Shown one piece after another: positions 56,373 through 64,000 of a DNA stretch of 64,000 bases. Position 1 is the first letter of the stretch. Every line of letters starts with the position of its first letter. Below the pieces are notes generated by a model. It was not told the origin of the DNA, made no database searches, and was given only the letters and a program-made list of their open reading frames with translations. The position numbers and the translations under genes are program-made. This stretch comes from an uncultured Actinomycetes bacterium (GTDB taxonomy: Bacteria; Actinomycetota; Thermoleophilia; RBG-16-64-13), in assembly GCA_963706025.1 (NCBI GenBank), contig CAVPLM010000003.1, forward strand, positions 640,001 to 704,000, given 5' to 3'.

Positions 56373-56505
56373 GAGGCTGCCGAATCATGAAGCCACGGCC
56401 ATCAGTACGCACTGGGCGGCGCGATAGTTTGTCCTCGGTCACGCGTAGCCTCTCACCTTTGGCGCAACTTCATCATTCAGCAGCCTATTGAGGCAGGAGT
56501 AGCGT

Positions 56506-56883
56506 ATGGCTCGTATCGCTGGTGTCACTCTCCCCCGGGAGAAACGGATCGAGATCGGTCTGACCTACGTGTACGGCATCGGCCGGTCCATGTCCAACAG
56601 GATCCTCTCAGCTGTGAAGATCGATCCTGAGACGCATGTCAAGGATCTCACGGAGGACGAAGAGATCCGTCTGCGTGGCTACATCGAGGACAACGTCCTG
56701 GTCGAGGGCGACCTGCGGCGTGAGCGCAGCCAGAACATCAAACGACTGATGGAGATCGGCTGCTACCGGGGTATCAGACATCGGCGCGGCATGCCTGTCC
56801 GCGGCCAGCGTACCAAGACGAACTCCCGGGTGCGCAAAGGGCATAAGCCGACAGTGGGCGTCAAGAAGAAGGTGCGGGTCTAG
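56506..56883 (+). CDS. rpsM: 30S ribosomal protein S13
   Basis: [23 protein letters not shown]. Confidence 0.99.
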   Translation: MARIAGVTLPREKRIEIGLTYVYGIGRSMSNRILSAVKIDPETHVKDLTEDEEIRLRGYIEDNVLVEGDLRRERSQNIKRLMEIGCYRGIRHRRGMPVRGQRTKTNSRVRKGHKPTVGVKKKVRV

Positions 56884-56930
56884 CCGTCTGGCTTTCTCGC
56901 AGGGATATCTAGGGACGGAGTTAAGAAGAC

Positions 56931-57338
56931 ATGCCGAAACCGAAACGCACTACCACCGGTACGCGTGGGCGGCGCCGCAAGGTGCGGAAGAGCATCGCGG
57001 TAGGCAACGCCTACATCAAGACGTCGTTCAACAACACCCTTGTGACCCTCACCGACAAAGAGGGAAACGTGATCGCGTGGGCGAGCGCCGGTTCGGCGGG
57101 CTTCAAAGGCTCGCGTAAGTCCACCCCCTTCGCCGCGCAGGTGACGGCCGAGAGGGCGGCCCGGGCCGGGATGGAGCACGGGCTGCAGAAAGTGGACTGC
57201 TACGTCAAAGGACCGGGGAGTGGTCGCGAGACCGCCATCCGGTCGCTGCAGGCCACCGGTCTCGACGTGACCAGTGTCAAGGACGTCACCCCCATCCCTC
57301 ACAACGGTTGCCGCCCCAAGAAGCGGCGCCGGGTCTAG
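56931..57338 (+). CDS. rpsK: 30S ribosomal protein S11
   Basis: [22 protein letters not shown]. Confidence 0.99.
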   Translation: MPKPKRTTTGTRGRRRKVRKSIAVGNAYIKTSFNNTLVTLTDKEGNVIAWASAGSAGFKGSRKSTPFAAQVTAERAARAGMEHGLQKVDCYVKGPGSGRETAIRSLQATGLDVTSVKDVTPIPHNGCRPKKRRRV

Positions 57339-57353
57339 GGCGGAGTAGCGAGC

Positions 57354-57980
57354 ATGGCCAGAGATAGGTCTCCACAGTGCAAGCAGTGCCGCCGGGAGGG
57401 CGAGAAGCTCTTCCTCAAAGGCGAGCGTTGCCTGACCGACAAGTGCGGGGTCGACCGGCGGGCGTATCCCCCGGGTGAGCACGGCCGCGGCCGTAGGCGC
57501 AAGCAGTCCGAGTACCTCACCCAGCTACGGGAGAAACAGAAGGCGCGCCGCTATTACGGGGTCCTCGAAGGACAGTTTCGCAACTACTATGCGTCGGCCG
57601 CCCGGCAATCGGGCATGACCGGCGAGAACCTGTTGCGTCTCCTCGAGCTACGGTTGGACAACGTCGTCTACCGTCTGGGTTTCGGCGCTTCCCGCCGGCA
57701 GGCCCGGCAGCTCATACGGCACGGTCACTTCACGGTCAACGGCCGCCGGGTGAACATACCTTCGTACCGGGTGAAGCCGGACGATATCATCACGGCCGTA
57801 CTCGACAGCGAGGGCCTGAAGGCGCTCGTCGAGGATGCCACGGATCTCACGGCCTCTGTGCCTGCCTGGCTCCAGGCCGACCACGACAACATGCTGGGCA
57901 AAGTCCTTCGTCTGCCCGAGCGGGCCGATATCGATATCCCCATCCAGGAGTCGCTCATCGTCGAGTTGTACTCCAAGTAG
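57354..57980 (+). CDS. rpsD: 30S ribosomal protein S4 (Zn-binding type)
   Basis: [25 protein letters not shown]. Confidence 0.99.
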   Translation: MARDRSPQCKQCRREGEKLFLKGERCLTDKCGVDRRAYPPGEHGRGRRRKQSEYLTQLREKQKARRYYGVLEGQFRNYYASAARQSGMTGENLLRLLELRLDNVVYRLGFGASRRQARQLIRHGHFTVNGRRVNIPSYRVKPDDIITAVLDSEGLKALVEDATDLTASVPAWLQADHDNMLGKVLRLPERADIDIPIQESLIVELYSK

Positions 57981-57993
57981 ACAGGAGGGCCGA

Positions 57994-58950
57994 TTGTTAG
58001 ATTTTGCCACCCCGCATAGCGCCTACGAACCGGTTGCTGAGAACCAAGGCCGCTTTGTGGTAGAGCCGCTGGCCCGTGGTTTCGGGTATACCTTCGGCAA
58101 CGCTCTCCGGCGGGTGCTGCTCTCTTCGCTCGAAGGCGCCGCCATCTCGGCGGTCAAGATCACCGGAGTGGAGCACGAGTTCTCGACGGTGCCTCACGTC
58201 AAAGAAGATGTCACCGACATCATCCTCAATCTCAAGAGGATAGTCTTCGTCCTGCATGGCGATGACGACGAGCACGAGGTCGAACTGGTCAAGGACGGCC
58301 CCGGGATCATCACTGCCGGTGATATCCAGCTTCCTGCAACTGTCGAGGTCGTGGATCCGCTCGCGTACATCGGCACCCTGGAAGATGGGGGCCGGCTGGA
58401 GATGCAGTTGACGGTGCGTCGGGGCCGGGGATATGCATCCGCCGACGACAACAAAGGCATCGAGACCATCCTGGGAGTCATCCCCATAGACTCGATCTTT
58501 TCCCCGGTCACCAAGGTGGCGTACAGCGTAGAACCAGCGCGGGTGGGTCAGCGCACCGATTTCGACAAGCTGACGCTCGAGGTGCAGACCAACGGCGCCC
58601 TCGAGCCGCGGGCGGCGCTGGCCAAGGCGGCAGCCCTGCTGCGCGACGACCTGTCGATCTTTCTGGAGGACGGGGACGAAGAAGAGGACGAGTTCTCCCT
58701 GGAGTCCGGAGCCGGTCAAGCGGACGTTCTCTTGGGTAGACCTTCGGGATCCGACGATACGCCTATCGAAGAACTGGAACTGGGAGTGCGCTCCTACAAT
58801 TGCCTGAAGCGTGAGGGCATCGAGACGGTCGGTGACCTGATCGCCAGGTCTGAGCAGGAGCTGATGTGCATCCCCAATCTTGGTCGCAAGACCATAGAAG
58901 AGGTGCGCGAGCGCCTCGAGCAGAGCAACCTGAAGCTCAAGGGAGAGTAG
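57994..58950 (+). CDS. rpoA: RNA polymerase alpha subunit
   Basis: EPLARGFGYTFGNALRR, intact CTD (VRSYNCLKR, NLGRK); TTG start after AGGAGG. Confidence 0.98.
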   Translation: MLDFATPHSAYEPVAENQGRFVVEPLARGFGYTFGNALRRVLLSSLEGAAISAVKITGVEHEFSTVPHVKEDVTDIILNLKRIVFVLHGDDDEHEVELVKDGPGIITAGDIQLPATVEVVDPLAYIGTLEDGGRLEMQLTVRRGRGYASADDNKGIETILGVIPIDSIFSPVTKVAYSVEPARVGQRTDFDKLTLEVQTNGALEPRAALAKAAALLRDDLSIFLEDGDEEEDEFSLESGAGQADVLLGRPSGSDDTPIEELELGVRSYNCLKREGIETVGDLIARSEQELMCIPNLGRKTIEEVRERLEQSNLKLKGE

Positions 58951-58951
58951 A

Positions 58952-59302
58952 GTGAGGCACCAGAGAAAAGGAAGGCGGTTCGGTATCCAGCCGAGCCATC
59001 GCCGGCAGATGCTGGCGAATCTTGCCTGCTCTGTGCTCGAGCATGGACGCATCAAGACGACGGAGGCGCGGGCAAAAGAAGTGAAGCCCATCGTGGAGAA
59101 GATGATCACCATGGGCAAGTCGGGCGATCTCAACTCGCGCCGCACGGCCATCAGCCAGCTGCGCAACAAGCAGATATCGTACAAGCTGTTCAACGAGATA
59201 GCGCCCAAGTACGAGGACCGGCCGGGCGGCTACACCCGCATCGTCCACCTCGGGCCCCGCTTGGGCGACGCGGCTGAGATGGTGTTTCTGGAGCTCGTAT
59301 AG
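58952..59302 (+). CDS. rplQ: 50S ribosomal protein L17
   Basis: MRHQ, RPGGYTRI, GDAAEM. Confidence 0.98.
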   Translation: MRHQRKGRRFGIQPSHRRQMLANLACSVLEHGRIKTTEARAKEVKPIVEKMITMGKSGDLNSRRTAISQLRNKQISYKLFNEIAPKYEDRPGGYTRIVHLGPRLGDAAEMVFLELV

Positions 59303-59355
59303 CCAGCGCGGCGCCGGGATGACGGCGAGGCGGAACTAGATTGACGGCAGACTCG

Positions 59356-59391
59356 ATGCCGGGGCCCGATAGACCCCGGCATTCGGTTTTC
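59356..59391 (+). terminator. Probable terminator after rplQ
   Basis: TGCCGGGG-N9-CCCCGGCA followed by TTCGGTTTTC. Confidence 0.5.
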
Positions 59392-59400
59392 TGGGGGGAC

Positions 59401-59460
59401 CCTGGGGTCGGGAGACCGGAGGGGCCGGCGCCTGGGGTTGGGAGGCCGGAAGGGCCGGCG
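59401..59460 (+). repeat. 30-bp tandem repeat (2 copies) upstream of truA
   Basis: CCTGGGGTCGGGAGACCGGAGGGGCCGGCG / CCTGGGGTTGGGAGGCCGGAAGGGCCGGCG. Confidence 0.8.
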
Positions 59461-59463
59461 GAG

Positions 59464-60303
59464 GTGATCCTGACGGGCAGACACCGCATGGAACTGCAGT
59501 ACGACGGGACCGGGCTGCACGGCTGGGCGAGGCAGGAAGGGCTGCCCACTGTGGAGGGATGCTTGGAGGCCGCCCTCGCGACCGTGCTGGGTAGCGCCCC
59601 GGCGCTCCGGGTCGCCGGCCGGACCGACGCCGGCGTGCACGCACGCCGGCAGGTGGTGAGCCTTCTACTGCCGGCGGATGTCGACCCGGTGCAGCTGGTC
59701 CGATCCCTGAACGCCCTCACTCCGCCGGGCATCGCCATCACGCGCATCGTTCGCGCGTCAGCGGCCTTTGATGCACGGAAAGACGCGGTGAGCAGGACCT
59801 ACCGATACTTCCTCTCCACCGGCGAGATCGTCTCCCCCTTCTGGGCCAGGTACTGCTGGCATGTGCATGGGGAGTTGGACGTGCAGGCCTTGCGGGCGGC
59901 CGCGGCCCTGGTGGCCGGCGGCCACGACTTCAGCGCCTTCACCCCCACCGAGACCGAACACGTGTCCTTCGACCGGTTGGTGCTGCGCTGTGGATGGAAG
60001 AAGATGCGCGGCGGACTACCCGCCGTTGCTCCACCCCCAGGCGCTGCACGATGGGGTCCAGGCCGCGACCCGTCCGATGTCACGAGGGGGTTAGGGTACC
60101 TGGAGATCGAAGCCGAGGCTTTTCTGCGCCGCATGGTCCGCTCTCTGGTGGGGACCATGCTGGAAGTGGCCCGGGGGGAGCGCACGCTCGAGGATTTCCG
60201 CCGGCTGCTGCTGGGCGCTCCTCGGGAGGAGGCAGGACCTACTGCGCCCGCCCACGGACTATTCTTGTGGGACGTGCGCTACGCGGCGGCGCGGACGGCC
60301 TGA
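59464..60303 (+). CDS. truA: tRNA pseudouridine(38-40) synthase TruA (start uncertain: 59341, 59464 or 59488)
   Basis: YDGT, AGRTDAGVHA, FDAR, FLRRMVR, TAPAHGL. Confidence 0.95.
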   Translation: MILTGRHRMELQYDGTGLHGWARQEGLPTVEGCLEAALATVLGSAPALRVAGRTDAGVHARRQVVSLLLPADVDPVQLVRSLNALTPPGIAITRIVRASAAFDARKDAVSRTYRYFLSTGEIVSPFWARYCWHVHGELDVQALRAAAALVAGGHDFSAFTPTETEHVSFDRLVLRCGWKKMRGGLPAVAPPPGAARWGPGRDPSDVTRGLGYLEIEAEAFLRRMVRSLVGTMLEVARGERTLEDFRRLLLGAPREEAGPTAPAHGLFLWDVRYAAARTA

Positions 60304-60312
60304 AGCTGCTCG

Positions 60313-62910
60313 CTATCGCGTGGGACCGCCGCCCCACTTCTCCACCTGGACCAGGCACGAGTTCGGCGCCTGGCCAGTAGAGGTCGGCGTGATGAAGCGT
60401 TTGGAGGTCAGCAGGTTGACACAGCCGCCTTTGTCCGGGGACGCCCCAGGCGTGCCCAGGGGCATGTACTCGGCGGAGGACTCGTAGGAATGGACCGTGC
60501 CTGGAGGCACGCGCTCTGTCAGCTGTGCCACCAAGATGACCGAAGCCCGGTCGTTGAAAGCTCGGATGAGGTCGCCGCCTTCGATGCCTCGGGTTGCCGC
60601 GTCCTTGACGTTGAGACGCATGATCCAGTAGTAGTGGCCGTCTTCTTTGAGAATACGGTGGTCCTTGATGTCGTTGCTCCACGACCCCTTCGCGTCCCCC
60701 ATGGTGTGGAAGCTGTAGCGGGGGTGCGGCGACACCATCTGCAGGGGGTACTTCTCGTAGAGCTCGGTGGTATGGTGACCCTCCCAGCTCTCTATGTACT
60801 GGGGTCCCATGGCCGGGCGTTCGGGATCGGCCGGGTCCGTTTCGTAGAACCGGGTAAGGCTGCTGGAAACGAACTCGATCTTGCCCGACTGGGTCTGTAG
60901 GCCCTTCAGTTTCACCTGGTCCCAGATGGGCGGGCCCCAGTCCGGTGTGTCCTTCTCCCGGTCTTCGGCGAACCAACGCAGGGCCGGCGTGGGTTGGCGA
61001 TCTGCCGGGACCGGCACCATGTAGTAGCCCTTCTTCTCGAAGTCGTCCCAGGATATCCGCTGGGGCAGGTCGCTGGCGTTGAACATGCGCTTGACCCAGT
61101 CGAGGTCGGTATGCCCGCCCTCGGTGTAGATGTGGCCTATGCCCAGCCTGTCGGCAAGGAGGGAGAAGATCTCGTAGTCGGACTTGGAATCCCCAAGCGG
61201 CTCGATGCACTTCTTCTCCAGCACGATGAGGCGGTGATTCACCTGGTCGAACTTGTGCGTCCCGTAGCCGGCGGCGTACGCCCAGTCGCCGATGTCCCAG
61301 CGCTCGAAGTTGGTGCAGGCCGGTAGGATGATGTCCGCGAACTTGGTCTCGCCCTCCAACCAGATCGCTTGATTGACGACGAAGGGGACCTTCCCCTCTC
61401 TGTACGCGGTCACATAACGGTTGGTCTCGGTCATCGTGCCGATGAAGGAACCCCCATACCGGTAGTACATCCCCACGTGGGGATAGCCCCCGGCCGGGTA
61501 ATGCCGCTTGTGGAACTGCATCTCGATGGACGCTCCGCAGAAGCCTCGGGCATACCACTCCATCCGCTCGTGTCTCATGACCTCGGGGATCCTGAGGCGG
61601 GAGACCGTCTGGCCCTCGGCGGAGTGCTGGATATTGGAGAAGGTTCCCCCGTTGGGCCACATGCGGGAGGCGAGGCGATAGCCGGCGGCGGTACCGGCGA
61701 CGTCGCCGGACATCCCGCCTTCGGAATAGCCGGGGAAGTAGAAAGTCTTGTCGAACGGCACGCCCGAAGTGGTCGACCAGATGTTGCTGCCCGGCTTGCC
61801 CAGACCCTGCATGGCGGCCAGGGCGATCATGGTGCGGGCCCACTCGTTGCCGGTGGCGGCGCGGCACGCGCCGCCCCATCCGCCCATGGCTCCGGCGGAG
61901 AGCATGGTCTTCTTCGCACCCCACTCCCGGGCCAAAGCCCTGATCTCCCTGGCGGGAACGCCGCTTTCTATCTCGGCCCACTCCGGGGTCTTGGGCACTC
62001 CGTCGCTCTCGCCCAGCACGTAGGACTTCCACACGTGGAAGTCCTTGGTCCGGGAGGCCACGTACTCCTTGTCGTAAGTCCCTTCCGAAAGCCAGGTGAA
62101 GGCGATGGCCAGCCCCATAGCCACGTCGGTCCCCAAGCGCGGCGCGAACCACTTGTCGGCGAAGATGCCGGCGGTGTGGTTGTAGTAGGGGTCGATGAAC
62201 ACCATCTTGACCCCCAGCTCCTTGAGCCAGAAGCGCCGCGAGGTGGCCTCGAAGGAGCCGTAGACCCCGCCGGTGGTCTCGGGGTCGGCCGACCAGAACA
62301 CGACCATCTCCGTGTTCTTGAGGGCGTCCTCCAAGAGATCGTACTGCTCGGGGATGCCGAGCCGATGGCTGAAGCCCCACATGTGCACGCCGCCCCAGTG
62401 CCAACCCTCCCAGCTGTCGGGGTTGTGCTCGGCATAGGTATGGCCGACCAGGTTGATGAAGCGGTTGTAGGCGCTGAAGCGGTAGCCGATGTTGCCCCAA
62501 AGATGGTGGGAGCCCGCAGTGGTGAGCATCCCCGCCGGCCCGACCTCTCTCTTCACCCGCACGATCTCGCCGGCCACGATGTCCAGGGCTTCATCCCAGC
62601 TGATGGGCTCGTAGCCGGACTCGCCGCGCTTGTGGATGTTGCGCTCCCCGTTCGGGTCGAAATCCACTCGCTTGAGCGGGGTCAGGATGCGTTTGGGGGA
62701 GTAGATGGTGGATTTGTGGGCCACCGTCCAGGGCGAGAGAGTCGTCTTGCGGGGCGGGGTGAAGGCCCGACCCCTTGCTTGTATGGTCCACGACGGCCCG
62801 TCGCTGTCGTCGAGCTCGAGAGGAAAGATGCGCAGGATCTTGCCGTCCCGGACATCGACATGCACGGGTCCGCCGGTCGTGAGATTGGTGAGTCGACGAG
62901 TCTTCGCCAT
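60313..62910 (-). CDS. athL: Pyrogallol hydroxytransferase (transhydroxylase) large subunit homolog, no adjacent beta subunit
   Basis: RLTNLTTGGPV, GSHHLWGNIGYR, HNPDSWEGWHWGG, GGWGGACRA, FPGYSEGG, EKDTPDWGP: colinear with Pelobacter AthL as recalled. Confidence 0.9.
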   Translation of the reverse strand: MAKTRRLTNLTTGGPVHVDVRDGKILRIFPLELDDSDGPSWTIQARGRAFTPPRKTTLSPWTVAHKSTIYSPKRILTPLKRVDFDPNGERNIHKRGESGYEPISWDEALDIVAGEIVRVKREVGPAGMLTTAGSHHLWGNIGYRFSAYNRFINLVGHTYAEHNPDSWEGWHWGGVHMWGFSHRLGIPEQYDLLEDALKNTEMVVFWSADPETTGGVYGSFEATSRRFWLKELGVKMVFIDPYYNHTAGIFADKWFAPRLGTDVAMGLAIAFTWLSEGTYDKEYVASRTKDFHVWKSYVLGESDGVPKTPEWAEIESGVPAREIRALAREWGAKKTMLSAGAMGGWGGACRAATGNEWARTMIALAAMQGLGKPGSNIWSTTSGVPFDKTFYFPGYSEGGMSGDVAGTAAGYRLASRMWPNGGTFSNIQHSAEGQTVSRLRIPEVMRHERMEWYARGFCGASIEMQFHKRHYPAGGYPHVGMYYRYGGSFIGTMTETNRYVTAYREGKVPFVVNQAIWLEGETKFADIILPACTNFERWDIGDWAYAAGYGTHKFDQVNHRLIVLEKKCIEPLGDSKSDYEIFSLLADRLGIGHIYTEGGHTDLDWVKRMFNASDLPQRISWDDFEKKGYYMVPVPADRQPTPALRWFAEDREKDTPDWGPPIWDQVKLKGLQTQSGKIEFVSSSLTRFYETDPADPERPAMGPQYIESWEGHHTTELYEKYPLQMVSPHPRYSFHTMGDAKGSWSNDIKDHRILKEDGHYYWIMRLNVKDAATRGIEGGDLIRAFNDRASVILVAQLTERVPPGTVHSYESSAEYMPLGTPGASPDKGGCVNLLTSKRFITPTSTGQAPNSCLVQVEKWGGGPTR

Positions 62911-62994
62911 TTTCTCTGTCCTTCGGTCCGTTCTGTCAGAGAGTCTCGTATATCCGCCACGGACTGAGGCCGCACCTTCAGATGTCCGCGCGTA

Positions 62995-63048
62995 AACTAC
63001 CGTACGACCGGTTGTTGTCTGCGTTAAACTACCTGTTGTGTGGTAGCT
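62995..63048. promoter_or_regulatory. Two tandem candidate TetR operators AACTACC-N8-GGTAGTT
   Basis: AACTACC-gtacgacc-GGTTGTT (62995-63016) and AACTACC-tgttgtgt-GGTAGCT (63027-63048). Confidence 0.6.
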
Positions 63049-63109
63049 TGTCAACCTCAGCGGGCGTACGCACGAGCCCACTTAACGGGACGGGGAAGGA
63101 AGCGGAGAA

Positions 63110-63763
63110 TTGGCTCCACAGCAACATCGGATGAGTGCCGAAACAAGAAAGCGGCAGATCGTCGAGGTCACCCTGGACTTGATCGGCAAGTACGGGCTGC
63201 GGGGAGCGACGATGTCCCGTATCGCCGCGGGAGCAGGGATCAGGCAGGCCTCTCTCTACACTCACTTCGACAGTAGACGGGCCATCCTGCTTGCGGCCCT
63301 GGATGTGGTCTACGAGAAGATCTATGCCTCCCGCGAGACGCGCACCGAAGAGAACTCGTTCGGACGTCTTCGGGAGATGTGTGACCACCACTTGGAACTC
63401 TGGGCGGCCCAGGGAGAGCGGCACCATGCCCACCTGCTGCTGGAGTTCATCGCAGGCGCCCGGAGCGAAGGCCTCGGGGAGATACTGGCCGAGAAGCACC
63501 TTCGGTCGTTGGAGCAGTTCACCCAGGTGGTCGAGGACGGCAAGGCAGAGGGGAAGATCCCCGACTACGTGGATCCGGCGCAGGTATCCTGGCTCATCAC
63601 CGGTTGGGCGTTCGCCGGAGACGTCGCTCACCAGATGGGTTTCAGCTCCTTCTTCGATCCGAACATCGCGGTCCATTGGCTGGACGTGATTTTCGAGAGC
63701 TTCGCGGCCGAACCCGCCCTTGAGCTCGTCGCGGACGGAACGAGCGGTACTGCGCGTGCTTGA
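63110..63763 (+). CDS. TetR/AcrR family regulator
   Basis: RKRQIVEVTLDLIGKYG...TMSRIAAGAGIRQASLYTHF HTH. Confidence 0.93.
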   Translation: MAPQQHRMSAETRKRQIVEVTLDLIGKYGLRGATMSRIAAGAGIRQASLYTHFDSRRAILLAALDVVYEKIYASRETRTEENSFGRLREMCDHHLELWAAQGERHHAHLLLEFIAGARSEGLGEILAEKHLRSLEQFTQVVEDGKAEGKIPDYVDPAQVSWLITGWAFAGDVAHQMGFSSFFDPNIAVHWLDVIFESFAAEPALELVADGTSGTARA

Positions 63764-63789
63764 CACCAACTGCCTCCCTCCATTATTAT
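63760..63789 (+). promoter_or_regulatory. rplM promoter, -35 overlapping the TetR stop codon
   Basis: TTGACA-N18-TATTAT. Confidence 0.5.
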
Positions 63790-63815
63790 CTGCGGTCGCG
63801 TTCTAAGGAGGCAGT

Positions 63816-64000
63816 TTGAAGACCTATTCAGCGAAACCCGGCGAAGTCCCACGCAAATGGTGGGTCGTCGATGCCGATGGCAAGAATCTCGGCAGGCTGG
63901 CGTCGGAGATCGCAATAGTGCTGCGGGGCAAGAACAAACCCCAGTACACCCCTCATGTCGATACCGGGGACTTCGTCGTGGTGGTCAATGCTCAGAAGAT
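63816..64000 (+). CDS. rplM: 50S ribosomal protein L13 (3' truncated by window edge)
   Basis: TTG start after AAGGAGG: [33 protein letters not shown]...[16 protein letters not shown]. Confidence 0.96.
   Translation, partial: MKTYSAKPGEVPRKWWVVDADGKNLGRLASEIAIVLRGKNKPQYTPHVDTGDFVVVVNAQK

Noticed and set aside
60239-62500. 753-aa same-strand alternative-frame ORF inside the athL-like gene
   Set aside because: Arg/Pro/Gly-rich off-frame product of GC3 bias; the main frame is intact.

Overview
High-GC bacterial chromosome, most likely an anaerobic Actinomycetota of Thermoleophilia type. This is inferred from an actinobacterial-type coiled-coil insert in RpoC and the RpoB variant [10 protein letters not shown]; no database search was run. 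1-27.2 kb is an accessory catabolic region. It holds a 3-hydroxyacyl-CoA-dehydrogenase-like gene, a beta-keto acid cleavage enzyme and an SDR (resembling a phloroglucinol/triacetate module), two paralogous IclR regulators, a Cys-ligand molybdopterin enzyme with NrfC/NrfD partners, a tungsten AOR-aminotransferase-MBL hydrolase-SDR operon, and a frameshifted XRE-DUF4065 antitoxin next to an intact RelE-like toxin. It also holds two divergent pyrogallol-transhydroxylase-like alpha/beta pairs, a thiolase, a B3/4 protein, LarA, OsmC and an aquaporin 3' remnant. 27.3-60.3 kb is the conserved tRNA/secE/nusG/rplKAJL/rpoBC/str/S10/spc/alpha superoperon ending in truA. A third, orphan transhydroxylase large subunit and a divergent TetR sit between truA and rplM. 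Main findings: RpoC ends in a fused alpha-CTD-like domain, and the region looks like an anaerobic polyphenol-degradation system built on three transhydroxylase paralogs. Comparisons with characterised enzymes are from memory and need alignment.
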